In this document: positions 13,257 through 24,240 of the stretch, piece by piece
Layout: every line of letters begins with the position of its first letter
How positions within the stretch are numbered: the stretch's first letter is position 1
NCBI GenBank assembly: GCA_022605425.2
Contig: JAKIMF020000004.1
Coordinates: 930,001 to 994,000 of the forward strand
DNA: 64,000 bases
Reading direction: 5' to 3'
DNA from: Hamiltosporidium tvaerminnensis FI-OER-3-3
Lineage: Eukaryota > Fungi > Microsporidia
Notes under the pieces: model-generated
Databases searched by the model: none
Seen by the model: only the letters and a program-made list of their open reading frames with translations
Told to the model about the DNA's origin: nothing
Made by a program: the position numbers and the translations under genes

Positions 13257-14004
13257 GTGGAGGGAGGATAACCACATAAAAAACTTTCTGCTTGGCAATG
13301 AGTGTGTGAAACTGGTGTGAGGTCATTGTTTGGATTTTTGGTGGAAATAAAACCACACTACATCTTCGGTTGTTCTTTGGAAGTTGTTATGAGGAGAAGA
13401 GGTCTAAGAAATGGAGAAACTTTTTCTACAAATTTATTTGTAGTTTTTTATGTAACCAGATTGCAGACCGCAGCTGAACATGTAGGTAATTGCCATGTAA
13501 AAGCATGGAAACCTAGCCTTGCTCACTCGGGTTAGAAGACTTAGCGCCTGGGATATATAAAAATAAAAACCATTAAAAGCCGGGAGAGCTAAGTAGCAGG
13601 TTATACCTGTTGGTATGACATTGCACTGTCTAGGTGGACCCATGTAAATCTCCGAAATATATCTTAGCTAGAAGTTTATTGGGTTCAGAAAGTGTAGAGT
13701 AAGTGGGAATGCTGCATAGTCTTGGGGGAGCTCAGGGGGGGGCTTCGGCCTTCGATCACACTCCATGCAACGGACATTAACGAACTCCGGGCAACTGCCT
13801 CGCCTATTATTTAGGTTCTACACACCTGTTAGATGAAAGGCTTTGGGACGTAGGTATCGCAGGGGTTACCGAGGGAGTGTTGGGGTAGCAGTCATTTATG
13901 TTAAACCTAGAACTGTGTTAATGTCATGAAAACAAATATAACACTTGCCACTGTTTTAAAAAGATGTGATACTTTTAAATAAAGTTTTATTTTTTTAAAA
14001 AAAA
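13257..14004 (+). mobile_element. ~740-nt non-coding retroposon (SINE-like), full-length reference copy with A-tail and 15-bp TSD
   Basis: Starts GTGGAGGGAGGATAACCAC and ends TTTTAAATAAAGTTTTATTTTTTT plus an A run. Flanked by ATATATCTGTATTAT at 13242-13256 and 14005-14019. Eight further copies lie in the window. Confidence 0.9.
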
Positions 14005-14107
14005 ATATATCTGTATTATTTACAAATATAAAATTTCTAAAAATTTTATCTTGTCAAATTATAGCCACAATTTTAAACTTCATAATTTATAACTTTCTAA
14101 AACGGTA

Positions 14108-14720
14108 TTTATTTAATAAAATTCTGGGTTAAAATATTTTTTACCATTTTTATATGTTTTCTGCTACCTCTTTAACCACTTTTGTCTCTTCTTCCAAATC
14201 TGATCTTCATTTATGTTATTGGTCGGTTCCTCTAAAGTGGTTCCTCCTTGTGAAATAAGGGGTGCTTTATTTTTTGGTTTAAAATTTTTTGCACCATCTT
14301 CCTCTCTCTTCGCTTCTTTTAAAGATGGTGTTGGGTCCTCATGCATCTCTGATCTCATAATAACACCCATTGACGCTCTCTCACAGCTCTCTTCGTCATT
14401 TAGTCCTGACTCAAGTCCTCTTCGTCGATGAAAGCAAATTGTTTCGACTGTCTTCTTAAGTACTATAGACTGAATGTATGCTTCTACATTCATGAGTATT
14501 TCTAGTCTTTTAATATGAGATTTATGGTATTTTGTCACAATACCGTCCCAGGTCATTACATAAGGGATTATCTCAACACTACACTTATAAATAAGACCCA
14601 TCTCATTGGCTAGTGGTCATAATTCTTAAGTTTTTCAGTTTCAACTATTTGAAGTGAATCTTGGGAAGTGATTCCTACTTCAATGAGTGTTATCTTATTC
14701 TTCTTCTTATCTAAAATAAA
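14108..14720 (-). mobile_element. 5'-truncated copy of the RLE-type non-LTR retrotransposon (endonuclease C-terminus and 3' UTR)
   Basis: ORF 14164-14601 closely matches 56881-57249 (MGLIYKCSVEII.Y.MTWDGIVTKYHKSH). Imperfect TSD TTTCTAAAACGGTA (14094-14107) / TTTCAAAACGGTA (14721-14733). Confidence 0.9.
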
Positions 14721-17700
14721 TTTCAAAACGGTAAATAATCAAATGATTTAAAGTTTAAATATACAAAAATAAGATAAATGATTTATTTCTATGATTCTAA
14801 TAAGATAAGCATATCAAATACATCTGGCTGCTTAAATACAATTATAACCGTTTTTACTAATATCACAAATAAAAATTAGTACGTATTTGACTGGATAAAT
14901 ACACAATATTGTTAATTTAAGTTAAATTGAACCTTAAGCTTTACAATGTGTAATAACTGTAAAAAAGTCGGAATTGGATAAAATATATCTCTTTTAAAAT
15001 TTGATTTTTTCAAAATAGTCTTTTTGTAGGTTTTTAGAACTAACGTCAATCAAATACTTGGCTTTAATCTTTTAAGAATTAAAGAGATTCAAATGCACAT
15101 TTGAAAAAATTTTAAAATACTAATAGCAGATAGCCAGGATACTGTTAGCTTTAAGTACAAATCAACTTGAAAATAATAAGATTAAAAAATAGCTTTATAA
15201 AATAAAAAACTAAGAAAGACTAACATAATTGATAAAATCGATTTATGTATTTTTATCACTATTATTTTACCGGAATAGAATAAAAAAAAGTTTAAAGAAA
15301 TCTCTTTATTGTTAAAAAAAGAGAGTAAGAGCTATCTGAATTATAAAATTTTTAGGTTCATCCTTTGAATTGAAAATAAAAAACTTCATCGAGTTAAAAC
15401 CAGAGTCTTAAATGATTTACTTAAAGAATATTAAATTACAGAATCTGCATATATGAAGACATTTTATACCGAATTTAAAGAAAAAAACTCGTTTTCGTAA
15501 AAATTATTGCTTTTTTATACCTCGCGATTTTTATAAGAACCTAAAACAAAAAAAAGAAAAAGCTTTTCGCGCAAATTCCATAAACAACTCTATTTTTACT
15601 TTGTAAACTTACGTTCAATGTCTTAATTAGTATAATTATTTTTCGTTTCATGTTCGTTTCGGTTAAAATCTAAATATTATTTTGTTGATGTATTTTGTTT
15701 ACGCGTTAGCTTTTTATTTTCTCACCTGTACTTTATTTTATATACAAAAATGAACAGAATAATTTAAGAAACATTAATAAAGAATAGAGAGCTTTATTTG
15801 TTGTGTTTAAATAATATTGCACTGGAAAAAGTAACATAAAAGCAAAAATAATTTTTATAATTTTTCTATTGCATATACTTAAAATTTCTATTTTTTTTGA
15901 TTTCTAATTAGCGAAAATTTCCATAAAAAGAATAATTTTATATGAATATATCTTAGTTCACCTTTACCTTTGGATTACATATAGTTGAAAAAAAAGTTTA
16001 AATGTAAATTTTAACTTTCAATTTGTGTGTGCGTAATTTCTGAAATAAGACTTTATTTGTTTTTATAATTTGTTTTCTTTATGTTCTTACCTGTTTCTGC
16101 CTTATTTATTCCACTACTTGTGATTTTAAAATCTTATTTAACTTTTCTAAAGATAAACTTCTTTATCTTTCTTACAAGAAAGTTTGATTTGGACTGACAA
16201 CCTAACTCTTCAAAAGAAAAAGGTCTCTGAAACACCCATAACTGGAGAAGCTTTAATTCACTATGGGCTGCCTTTTAATTTATATGAAAGAAACGATCTA
16301 ATAAAAAAAAATATGCATGGGCCTATGAAACAGGTACGTATCAAGCTTTCGATCTTAGCAACATAGAAACTAAAATTCGATGTAAATAAGATTTTCAGTT
16401 GCAAGTACAAGTCCTAGAATAAAAATCAATTTCATATTTTGCTACAAAAGTAATTTAAAAAAAGGCCAGCGTTGTGCTTGTTTAGGACAAAATGATTAAA
16501 ATAATTTATCTAAACCTTATGTTAAGAGACTCAATATAAAAGTGGTTCTAAGAAATTATTTTATAAAACTGTAATACGATTTAAAGATTGAATCTTATAA
16601 TTTAGACTTTTACTCAATGTCATCATGGAAATCCGAATTCGATACTGATCTAGATATGTATTTTGAAGAAATAAAATTTATTGCTTCGTATTGATTAAAA
16701 GATCCAAAATAATCAAAAAATTGTATATTATATAATATTTTTTTGTGATCTAGATCATGTTTACATGCGTTGATAATTTTATAAGTATAGATACAGAACT
16801 AAAAAAATTCTTCTTAAATATTTGTACCTAATATTTATACAATCTACATCAAAATTATAAGAAGATACTTAAGCTATTATAGAAGACAATGTGAAATTTT
16901 TTTGTAAAATTTATTATTTCTTTGCTTTCTTCTAAATTATCACAAAATGCAATCAGAAAAATGTTCTGAGACACAACATTTTAATTATATTGCGACATTA
17001 AATTGGAAGCAAAATTTTAGTAACTAACTCAGTAAAAAATAAAGTAACATTCTTTTTAAGTGAAAGATTATTAAGGACTGGAAATACGATTTGTGTGTAA
17101 AATTATAGTTAATTCCAAATCTTATAGTGATACAAATTTTTGATACAATTTTTAATAGTAATAGACTTTTTTAAAATCAAAATTAGTTTATAGATTAGAT
17201 TTAGATGATAATCTAATTTTCTAACCCTAAATTTAATTCAAATATGAAATAATCAAAGTATATAAACAAGGCACAGAAAAAGTAGCGATTAAAATAGGAA
17301 AAAAATATATTGAAAAAAATATATTCGGCTACTTTTACCCTCTTTTTCGGGATTTTACAATCAATAGCTCTTCAAAGTATATAAATTTGTGATGCATACC
17401 CCATAGAGAGTTCTTAATATATAGTTTTATATTTTATCTTTTGCTCTTTTTAGACCTTAAGACCCAGGCTTTTATACTACAAGAGATAAAATTTTTATCT
17501 ATAAAACATACTTGGGGATTTAATAAAAATTCCCGAAACATATATTTGGGGAAGTGTTGCATTTTTTATTGTTATATTATCTATAAAAAATAGAGATTAT
17601 ATTAATTTAACAAAAAAAACGTTCTAGTCCTTTAATTTTGTTAAAATATGTTTGTTTAAGCGTCGAAAAATTTTTAATTCAAAGTCTATGTTTTTAATTA

Positions 17701-18079
17701 TACTTCAAACAACCAAAGAACAGAATATTCTCTAAAATTATTATAGTTTAGAATTGCATGCGAATATATTTTTTTTATCTCTTAGCTTCTTTAAAAGAAT
17801 AAGAAATTGCAACAAGAAAAGAAAAAATATTTAACAATATGAGAAGTTTATAAAACATATTTGAAGTGATCAGAGTGCTTTATGAAAAAAATTGGATGGA
17901 TTGAGATCAAAAGAAAATTTAAGTATAGTAAACAAATTTAAATATTCCGTATAACAGGTATAAACATAAGAAACGATTCATAGTTTAAAAAAAAACAATA
18001 AATTATTTAAGTTTGGCTACTTGGAGTTATAAAATCTACCAAAAGAAAAGCGAAAAATGATTATTATTTTCCCATTCAA

Positions 18080-18307
18080 AAACTTACTTACATAATCCAT
18101 TCCTCTTTTACCTCTTCGGCTTCAAGGATCATCAAATAAGAAATTTCTATTTGCATCTTTTAATCTGTCGTAACTTGGAATTATAGAGGATTGTTCTATA
18201 AATCAGATGTGTTTTATATCCAACAAAAATGGCAACGATGATTTATACACTAATTCTACACACTCATTGCTAACCTGATAGTTTTAATGTGGTTATCCTA
18301 TCTCCAC
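18080..18307 (-). mobile_element. Short repeat family sharing the 5' head of the 740-nt element, second copy
   Basis: Reverse complement GTGGAGATAGGATAACCACATTAAAACTATCAGGTTAGCAATGAGTGTGT matches the 740-nt head. The body then matches 5440-5560 rather than the 740-nt body. Confidence 0.7.
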
Positions 18308-19459
18308 GCCAGAATAAAATTCATTAAACATAATTCAAAAAAATATTTTGAAAATTTTCCACTTTGTGTTTAAAAGCTTAATAGATAAATTCATTTTTCC
18401 TGACAAAATGTTTAAAAACTTGTTAAATATAATTTTTAAAAAATCAGGCTCTAATGTCTATTAAAAAATTTAAATTTACAATAGAGTGGAAACATTTAGA
18501 AAAATATCAAATTATTGTCGTATTCATAACTCACTTTATCTATTACTTACATAAAAAAAGGGGAAATGAGCTTACGATACCAGAACCAAATAGTAAAATT
18601 AAAGGGGCCAAAAAAATTAACTTCGAGAATTTGCAAACACTATTAAACGGCTTCAAACCAACTGGATAATTTTGCTTCTACATATAGCAAGTTAGAAAAT
18701 GATTAACGATAGAAAACGAAGAGAAGTAAAAGAACCATTGTAAAATTGCCCAATTTTTGTACTATACAGCATTAGAAAAAGACACTCTTCAAAGAAGCGA
18801 GGCAACTTTACTTGATTGGCAAAGATCTTGCTACTAAATATAGAGCTTTAAACTATCACAAATGATAATTTTTAGGAACAAAGAAGAATATAAAGAAGCT
18901 GCGATTTACAAACCACAGTGAAATTTCAGCAATGTCTTCTTCGATCTAGATGGATCAAATTTGATATTTGGCGTGAAAAAATTCATAGTATGGTGTCAAT
19001 ATGCGAAGCCTGCCGAGTTTATGACTTTTTAGATGATCAAAGTCTTTTCGGTTGAAACAAAAAAGAAGGCTTTGCAACACATCGAGATTTATTTTATATA
19101 CTCAAAGAAATAGCAAGAATCAAACAACTGATATGAGTGGATTTGAACTGTTTTTCATAGTATTAACTAAAAATATATTTTTGCAGTAACTATACAAGCA
19201 AAACTAGCCTGACACACCTCAGAATACCATTTCTAAGTGTTTTACAAAGAAAGACTACCTGAAAAACTGCATTCTGTTTATACAAAAGAAATTTAGAATA
19301 TATATGGCAAATGATTTTGTGTTGGCTTCAATATTTAAAGTTTAATATTCGCTATTTATTTTTGATTTTATTTTGTTTTTTTTTTCTATTTTATTTTACA
19401 TTTTCGAATTCATTACATTTTGTTGTTATATTAGTAAGTTATAAATAAAAATTACACTA

Positions 19460-19510
19460 TCATAACCATCGGCATCAGCGCTACAGTTCTTGTAGAACCT
19501 TGGCCGCTGC
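19460..19510 (-). mobile_element. Very short RTE-like 3' end fragment
   Basis: Reverse complement GCGGCCAAGGTTCTACAAGAACTGTAGCGCTGATGCCGATG resembles 9115-9155. Confidence 0.5.
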
Positions 19511-19940
19511 AAAAAAAATAAAACTATATATTTTTCTATCATCATTTTTCTATTATCATTTTTTATAATTGAAAAAAAGTAAGTGAATATGAAAGATTAG
19601 AACATAAAATTCATATAATTGCCTTAATATTTGCTTACAAACATTCATATTATTACCCAAACACTAATATTTAAATTTTTTGCTCAGTTATTTAATCAGT
19701 TTTTTTTACGCATTTTAGAAAGCTAGGAAAGAAGTTGTAATTATCTAAATAGCCTACTTATCTTTATTTTAAAATTTAGATTCTTATTTCGCTTTAAAAG
19801 ACAATATATTGGCTCATAGTAAGTTATAGATCGATCACTATTGTTTTTTTTATTAAATTAATATAAAAACGTCATATTATAGTAGTTACACACTTTCAAA
19901 TTCAATTTATTTATATAATTTAAATATTTAATTTTTACAC

Positions 19941-20001
19941 AAATGCATATAGGTCGTAAAACTATTTTAACCAGAATTTTATTAAATAAATACTAAATAA
20001 A
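19941..20001 (+). mobile_element. ~60-bp solo 3' tail of the RLE-type LINE with 12-bp TSD
   Basis: GTAAAACTATTTTAACCAGAATTTTATTAAATAAATA matches the LINE 3' ends at 57338-57375 and 14108-14145 (-). Flanked by TAATTTTTACAC at 19929-19940 and 20002-20013. Confidence 0.7.
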
Positions 20002-20156
20002 TAATTTTTACACCTTTCCCTTTAAATATGATAATATAATATTAATCACACTTTCAATTCTATTATTAGACACAATATGGCTAAAAAAGAGGTAAATTTG
20101 TTTAAAAAAAATAACCAGAAGTTTTAAACTTAATAGCAGAAAAATTTAAAATTAAT

Positions 20157-21998
20157 TTAATTAAAAAAATATTTGTTATTTTCTTTTTGTTCTCTGTCTT
20201 TGGCAGAATTTGGTTTGTTAACCCTTGGTCTAAAATTTTCAGGGTCTCTTCTAAATGTAATATCTAAATTCTTTAAAAATTTATTCATTCCATTTACAAT
20301 ATCTAATGGCGCGGATGCATTGCCTTTGATACCAGGTTTTCCATCGAATACAATTACCTTATCTGCCAAATAAGTTCCAACTATCAAATCGTGTTCTACA
20401 ACGAACGCTGTTTTCTTTTTGTTATAAATAAATCTTTTAATGACCTTTGAAACTGCAATACGTTGATCTGAATCCAAATAAGCCGAAGGCTCATCTAGAA
20501 GATATATATCTGCTTCTTTACCAAGACACATGGTTATAGCAACTCGTTGAAGTTCACCTCCACTGAGACTGGATACTGTTCTATCATATAAATATTCTAT
20601 ACCGAACGGTTTAATTACATCAGTGATGAATGATAAATCAAGGAAGCTTACTCGTATTTTTGACATAAAAAGTTCTCTGACGGTTCCTTGAAATTTCGGC
20701 AAAATTTTCTGAGCTTTTAAACTGACCTTTGCACCGCAAAAAGTTTCATTATTATCATCAGATTTGATAACACCGGCTATCAAGCCAACCATAGTAGTTT
20801 TTCCCATTCCATTTTCACCCAGCAAAACAATAATTTCAGAATTATTAAACGAACCAGCTTCTACATTCAGAGAAAATCCACTTTTATTTCCTTTCCATGT
20901 TTTTTTCATTGCATCGTATTTGTTATAACTAATTTCTGCCCCAGAAGTTTCTGGTTTTTCTGAAATATTAAATTTTAAAGCTTCTTGTCTGAATCTCATG
21001 TTTTCAGTTGGCACGTAACCATCAAGAAAAATATTTATAGCATTTTTTATACTATAAGGTTGAGTTATGACACCATATGCTCCTGCTTTTCCATATAATA
21101 CACATCCAAAGTCACACATCAAATCCAAAATTGCTAAATCATGTTCCACAACAATTACATACTTATCAGCTTTACTAAGACTTCGTATGGCCTTGGCAAC
21201 CAAAAGCCGTTGTTTAACATCCAAATAACTTGAAGGTTCATCAAAAATATAAATATCTGATTTTTTAAGACAGGTGAGTAAAACACAAAATCTTTGTAAT
21301 TCACCTCCACTCAATGCCTCCAAATCTCTTTCAATTATATTTTCTATCGAAAGAAGTGAAAGAAAAAAATCTTTTAAATTTCTTTCATCTTTTACTGCCA
21401 ATACTTCTTTAACTGTAAGATTTTCATTCGAAAATTCTTTTTTTAAATTTTTTGGAACAGAATCGATGTATTGAATTTTAGAAACTGATTCAAGTTCGTT
21501 GCCAAGTAATTTTGTAAAATATCCTTGTAATTCAGATCCTTTGTAATTATCAAGAATTTCTATCCAATCTGGTGTTTCTTTAAATTTTCCTAAATTTGGT
21601 TTGATTTCACCAGCAAGAATTTTCAGTGCCGTAGATTTTCCTATACCATTGGTTCCAACTAAGCCAAGCACCTGTCCTTGTCTTGGCACAGGTAAACGGT
21701 GTAACTTAAATCCATTTTCTGTATATCTATGTGACATGTCTTTCTCTAAACTTGTAGGAAGATTTATTATGGTTATCGCGCCAAAAGGACATTTTTTCTG
21801 ACATGCACCGCAACCTATACACAAATATTCACTTATTTGTGATATTTTACTGTCTTTTTTAACAACTATACAATCCTTTCCCATTTTATTAATCGGACAA
21901 GCCTTTTTACATTCAAGATTGCATTCAAATGGTTTACACAATTCGGGGTTTACTATTGCAAGACGTGTTAATTTTGATTTTTCTATATTTTTTGCCAT
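20157..21998 (-). CDS. RLI1: ABCE1/RLI1 ribosome-recycling ATPase with N-terminal Fe-S domain (613 aa from the ATG)
   Basis: Fe-S motifs CKPFECNLECKKACP and CIGCGACQKKCPF. Two ABC domains with Walker A GTNGIGKS and GENGMGKT, LSGGELQR signatures and DEPS Walker B. The ATG at 21998 is preferred over the TTG at 22004. Confidence 0.98.
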   Translation of the reverse strand: MAKNIEKSKLTRLAIVNPELCKPFECNLECKKACPINKMGKDCIVVKKDSKISQISEYLCIGCGACQKKCPFGAITIINLPTSLEKDMSHRYTENGFKLHRLPVPRQGQVLGLVGTNGIGKSTALKILAGEIKPNLGKFKETPDWIEILDNYKGSELQGYFTKLLGNELESVSKIQYIDSVPKNLKKEFSNENLTVKEVLAVKDERNLKDFFLSLLSIENIIERDLEALSGGELQRFCVLLTCLKKSDIYIFDEPSSYLDVKQRLLVAKAIRSLSKADKYVIVVEHDLAILDLMCDFGCVLYGKAGAYGVITQPYSIKNAINIFLDGYVPTENMRFRQEALKFNISEKPETSGAEISYNKYDAMKKTWKGNKSGFSLNVEAGSFNNSEIIVLLGENGMGKTTMVGLIAGVIKSDDNNETFCGAKVSLKAQKILPKFQGTVRELFMSKIRVSFLDLSFITDVIKPFGIEYLYDRTVSSLSGGELQRVAITMCLGKEADIYLLDEPSAYLDSDQRIAVSKVIKRFIYNKKKTAFVVEHDLIVGTYLADKVIVFDGKPGIKGNASAPLDIVNGMNKFLKNLDITFRRDPENFRPRVNKPNSAKDREQKENNKYFFN

Positions 21999-22030
21999 TT
22001 TCAAGGGTCCTTTTAAATATTTATTTTAAC
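21999..22030 (-). promoter_or_regulatory. Microsporidian-type CCC motif just upstream of the RLI1 start codon
   Basis: Minus strand reads AAATATTTAAAAGGACCCTTGAAAATG. Analogous GGGG (29940-29943) and CCC (35638-35640) motifs precede two other genes. Confidence 0.5.
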
Positions 22031-22454
22031 TCCTTCCGTCTATTAATTGAATAGATTACAACATAAAATACAGAATTTTTACACATTTTGATTCAAATCG
22101 GAATGTAAAACAAATTTTTTTATGGCTCCTTTTAATGAAATACAAAAGATATATTTTATTTTCAAATAAATTTTTAAAGGATTTAAAATTAAATAATTTT
22201 CTTGTATTTCCCTGTGTAATTTTCTTTAAAACAAAAATGCAAGATTAACTAAAAAAGTACGATTGGTTTTTTCAACTAAAATTTTAGAAATAAATTTTAG
22301 TTTCCTATTATGTTTGAATGTAAAAGATAAATATAAAAGAGTTATGAGTTTTGATATTCTTATAAATAAACACAATAGGTAATTAAAATAATAAAAGAAA
22401 CCGTCATAATCTTTATGTTTATAATACTAGAAATATTCTTTGAGTTTAAATTTG

Positions 22455-22667
22455 TATTTCTCTTATATTCTCTTATATTCTCTTATATTCTCTTACATTC
22501 TCTATATTCTCTTATATTCTCTTATATTTTCTTATTTTCTTATATTTTCTTATATTTTCTTATATTCTCTTATATTCTCTTACATTCTCTTACATTCTCT
22601 TACATTCTCTTATATTCTCTTATATTTTCTTATATTTTCTTATTTTCTTATATTTTCTTATATTTTA
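22455..22667. repeat. Tandem array of ~10-bp unit TTCTCTTATA (variants TTTTCTTATA, TTCTCTTACA), about 20 copies
   Basis: Directly visible periodicity; lies about 450 bp upstream of RLI1. Confidence 0.95.
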
Positions 22668-23522
22668 AGCAAATATGTTCTTAAATTAGGTTAAGCTTAT
22701 TAGTTGCAAAAAATAGATTTACTTGAATTTCTTAAGAAAATAGTCTGAAAACATAGAAATTATTAAGTGAAAATAAGCAATCTTAAATTATCAAAAAATA
22801 TAATTAATATTATTATGATATTATCTATTATTAGGATTTTAGTGTGAACTACCTGATATAAATCTTCATCCTAATGTTTAATTATTGAAGAAGACAAATT
22901 TTCTTCTAAAAATAGAATTGAATGAAATTTTTTGTTTAAAAAGTTTATGAACTTTATTTATCGTTAAGATATGTAACATAATTAATGTGGTATTGTATCA
23001 AACATCCTTCTTCGTTTTTTGCTTATTTCTTCTTTTTCTCTCTGATTCGATAGATAGATGCGGTAAAAATATAATTTAAACAGCAAAAAAAAACGTTGAA
23101 ATTGTTAATGTATTTTTTTTTGTGTAGAGTGTATTTAAATTACAAATATTGTTTAAAAATAAATTTAAAATTGATATCAAAGTTATAGTAATTAAATTAT
23201 TGATTGTGTATGTTTTTATGAGCAGAAATATATCGTGTAAGAGGTTTAAAAAACAAAGGATTAAAACAATAATAAAATCTAAAATTCGATTATTCTCTAA
23301 TTAGATATTTTTCAAAAAAAAATGTTGGGTTGTATTTGTAAAAATTCTTAGTCTCTCATGTGAAATAATAAAGTTAATGTTGTGCTGAAAAAGAAAATTT
23401 AAAAGTCTAAATTAAAGCATTTAATCTTTATGTATAAATTCTATACAGTTTTTTTATTCTGTATTCTTGTATTTCTCAATTTCATAATTAAAAAAGTTTT
23501 ATCTTTTTGTATCATATTTAAA

Positions 23523-24240
23523 GTGGAGGGAAGATAACCACATAAAAAACTTTCTGCTTGGCAATGAGTGTGTGAAACTGATGTAAAGATCGTTGTTTGG
23601 ATTTTTGGTGGGAATATAATACCACTACATCTCTGGTTGTTAATGAGAGTTTGTATGAAGAGGAGAGGTCTAAGAAATGGAGAAACTTTTTCTACAAATT
23701 TAGTTGTACTTTTTTATGTAACCATATTGCAGACTGCAGCTAAACTTGTAGGTAATTGCCATGTAAAAGCATGGAAACCTAGCCTTGTTCACTCGGGTTA
23801 GAAGACTTAGCGCCTGGGAGATATAAAAATAAAAACCATTAAAAGCCAGAAGAGCTAAGTAGCAGGTTATACCTGTTGGTATGACATTGCACTGTCTAGG
23901 TGGACCCCATAAGAGTCTCTGGAATATATCTTAGCTAGAAGTTTGTAAGGTTCAGAAAGTGTGGAGTAGGTGAAAATACTACAAAGTATTACCGCCCAAG
24001 ATGTATTTCGACCTAAGATCACTTTCAATGCAACGGAAATTAACGAACAACGGGCTACTTTCTGGCCTATTAATTAAGTTCTACACACCTGGCAGAGAAA
24101 AACTTTGCTATGCAGGTATTGTAAAGAATAATGACGGTTTTGGGGTGCAGTTATTTTTTAAAACCCGAAAATGCGTTAACTTTATCAAAACTATTAACAA
24201 CTGCCACTGATTTGAAAATATGTGAATTTTTAAACGAAAA
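23523..24240 (+). mobile_element. ~740-nt retroposon family copy (5' part conserved, 3' part more diverged)
   Basis: GTGGAGGGAAGATAACCACATAAAAAACTTTCTG... is colinear with 13257-13985. Confidence 0.9.

Noticed and set aside
13256-13290. preQ1-I riboswitch (short stem followed by ATAAAAAACT)
   Set aside because: The architecture is similar, but the loop is purine-rich and lacks the conserved U and C ligand-binding residues; the context is a eukaryotic repeat.
13302-13643. Short ORFs inside the 740-nt repeat (also 1680, 23568, 24001, 32195, 32612, 60809, 60948, 63400)
   Set aside because: Often non-ATG starts, on both strands, with frames not preserved between copies; they are by-products of higher GC.
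13773-13925. HDV-like, hammerhead or twister ribozyme, or group I intron core, in the 740-nt element
   Set aside because: No P1 partner or catalytic C in the would-be J4/2 (GTTAA), no CTGANGA core, and GACTT/TAGTC is only a short match without the other group I elements.
13257-14004. Solo LTR interpretation of the 740-nt repeat
   Set aside because: TSDs are 14-15 bp with an A-tail, there is no consistent terminal CA, and no internal gag-pol lies between copies.
17221-17230. Telomere-like CTAACCCTAA
   Set aside because: Fewer than two repeat units; expected by chance.
20173-21801. Plus-strand ORFs overlapping RLI1 (likewise 29696-30115 opposite the V-ATPase gene and antisense ORFs in the LINEs)
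   Set aside because: Antisense shadows of real coding sequence.
22415-22694. Hydrophobic 84-89 aa ORFs
   Set aside because: Translations of the 10-bp tandem array.
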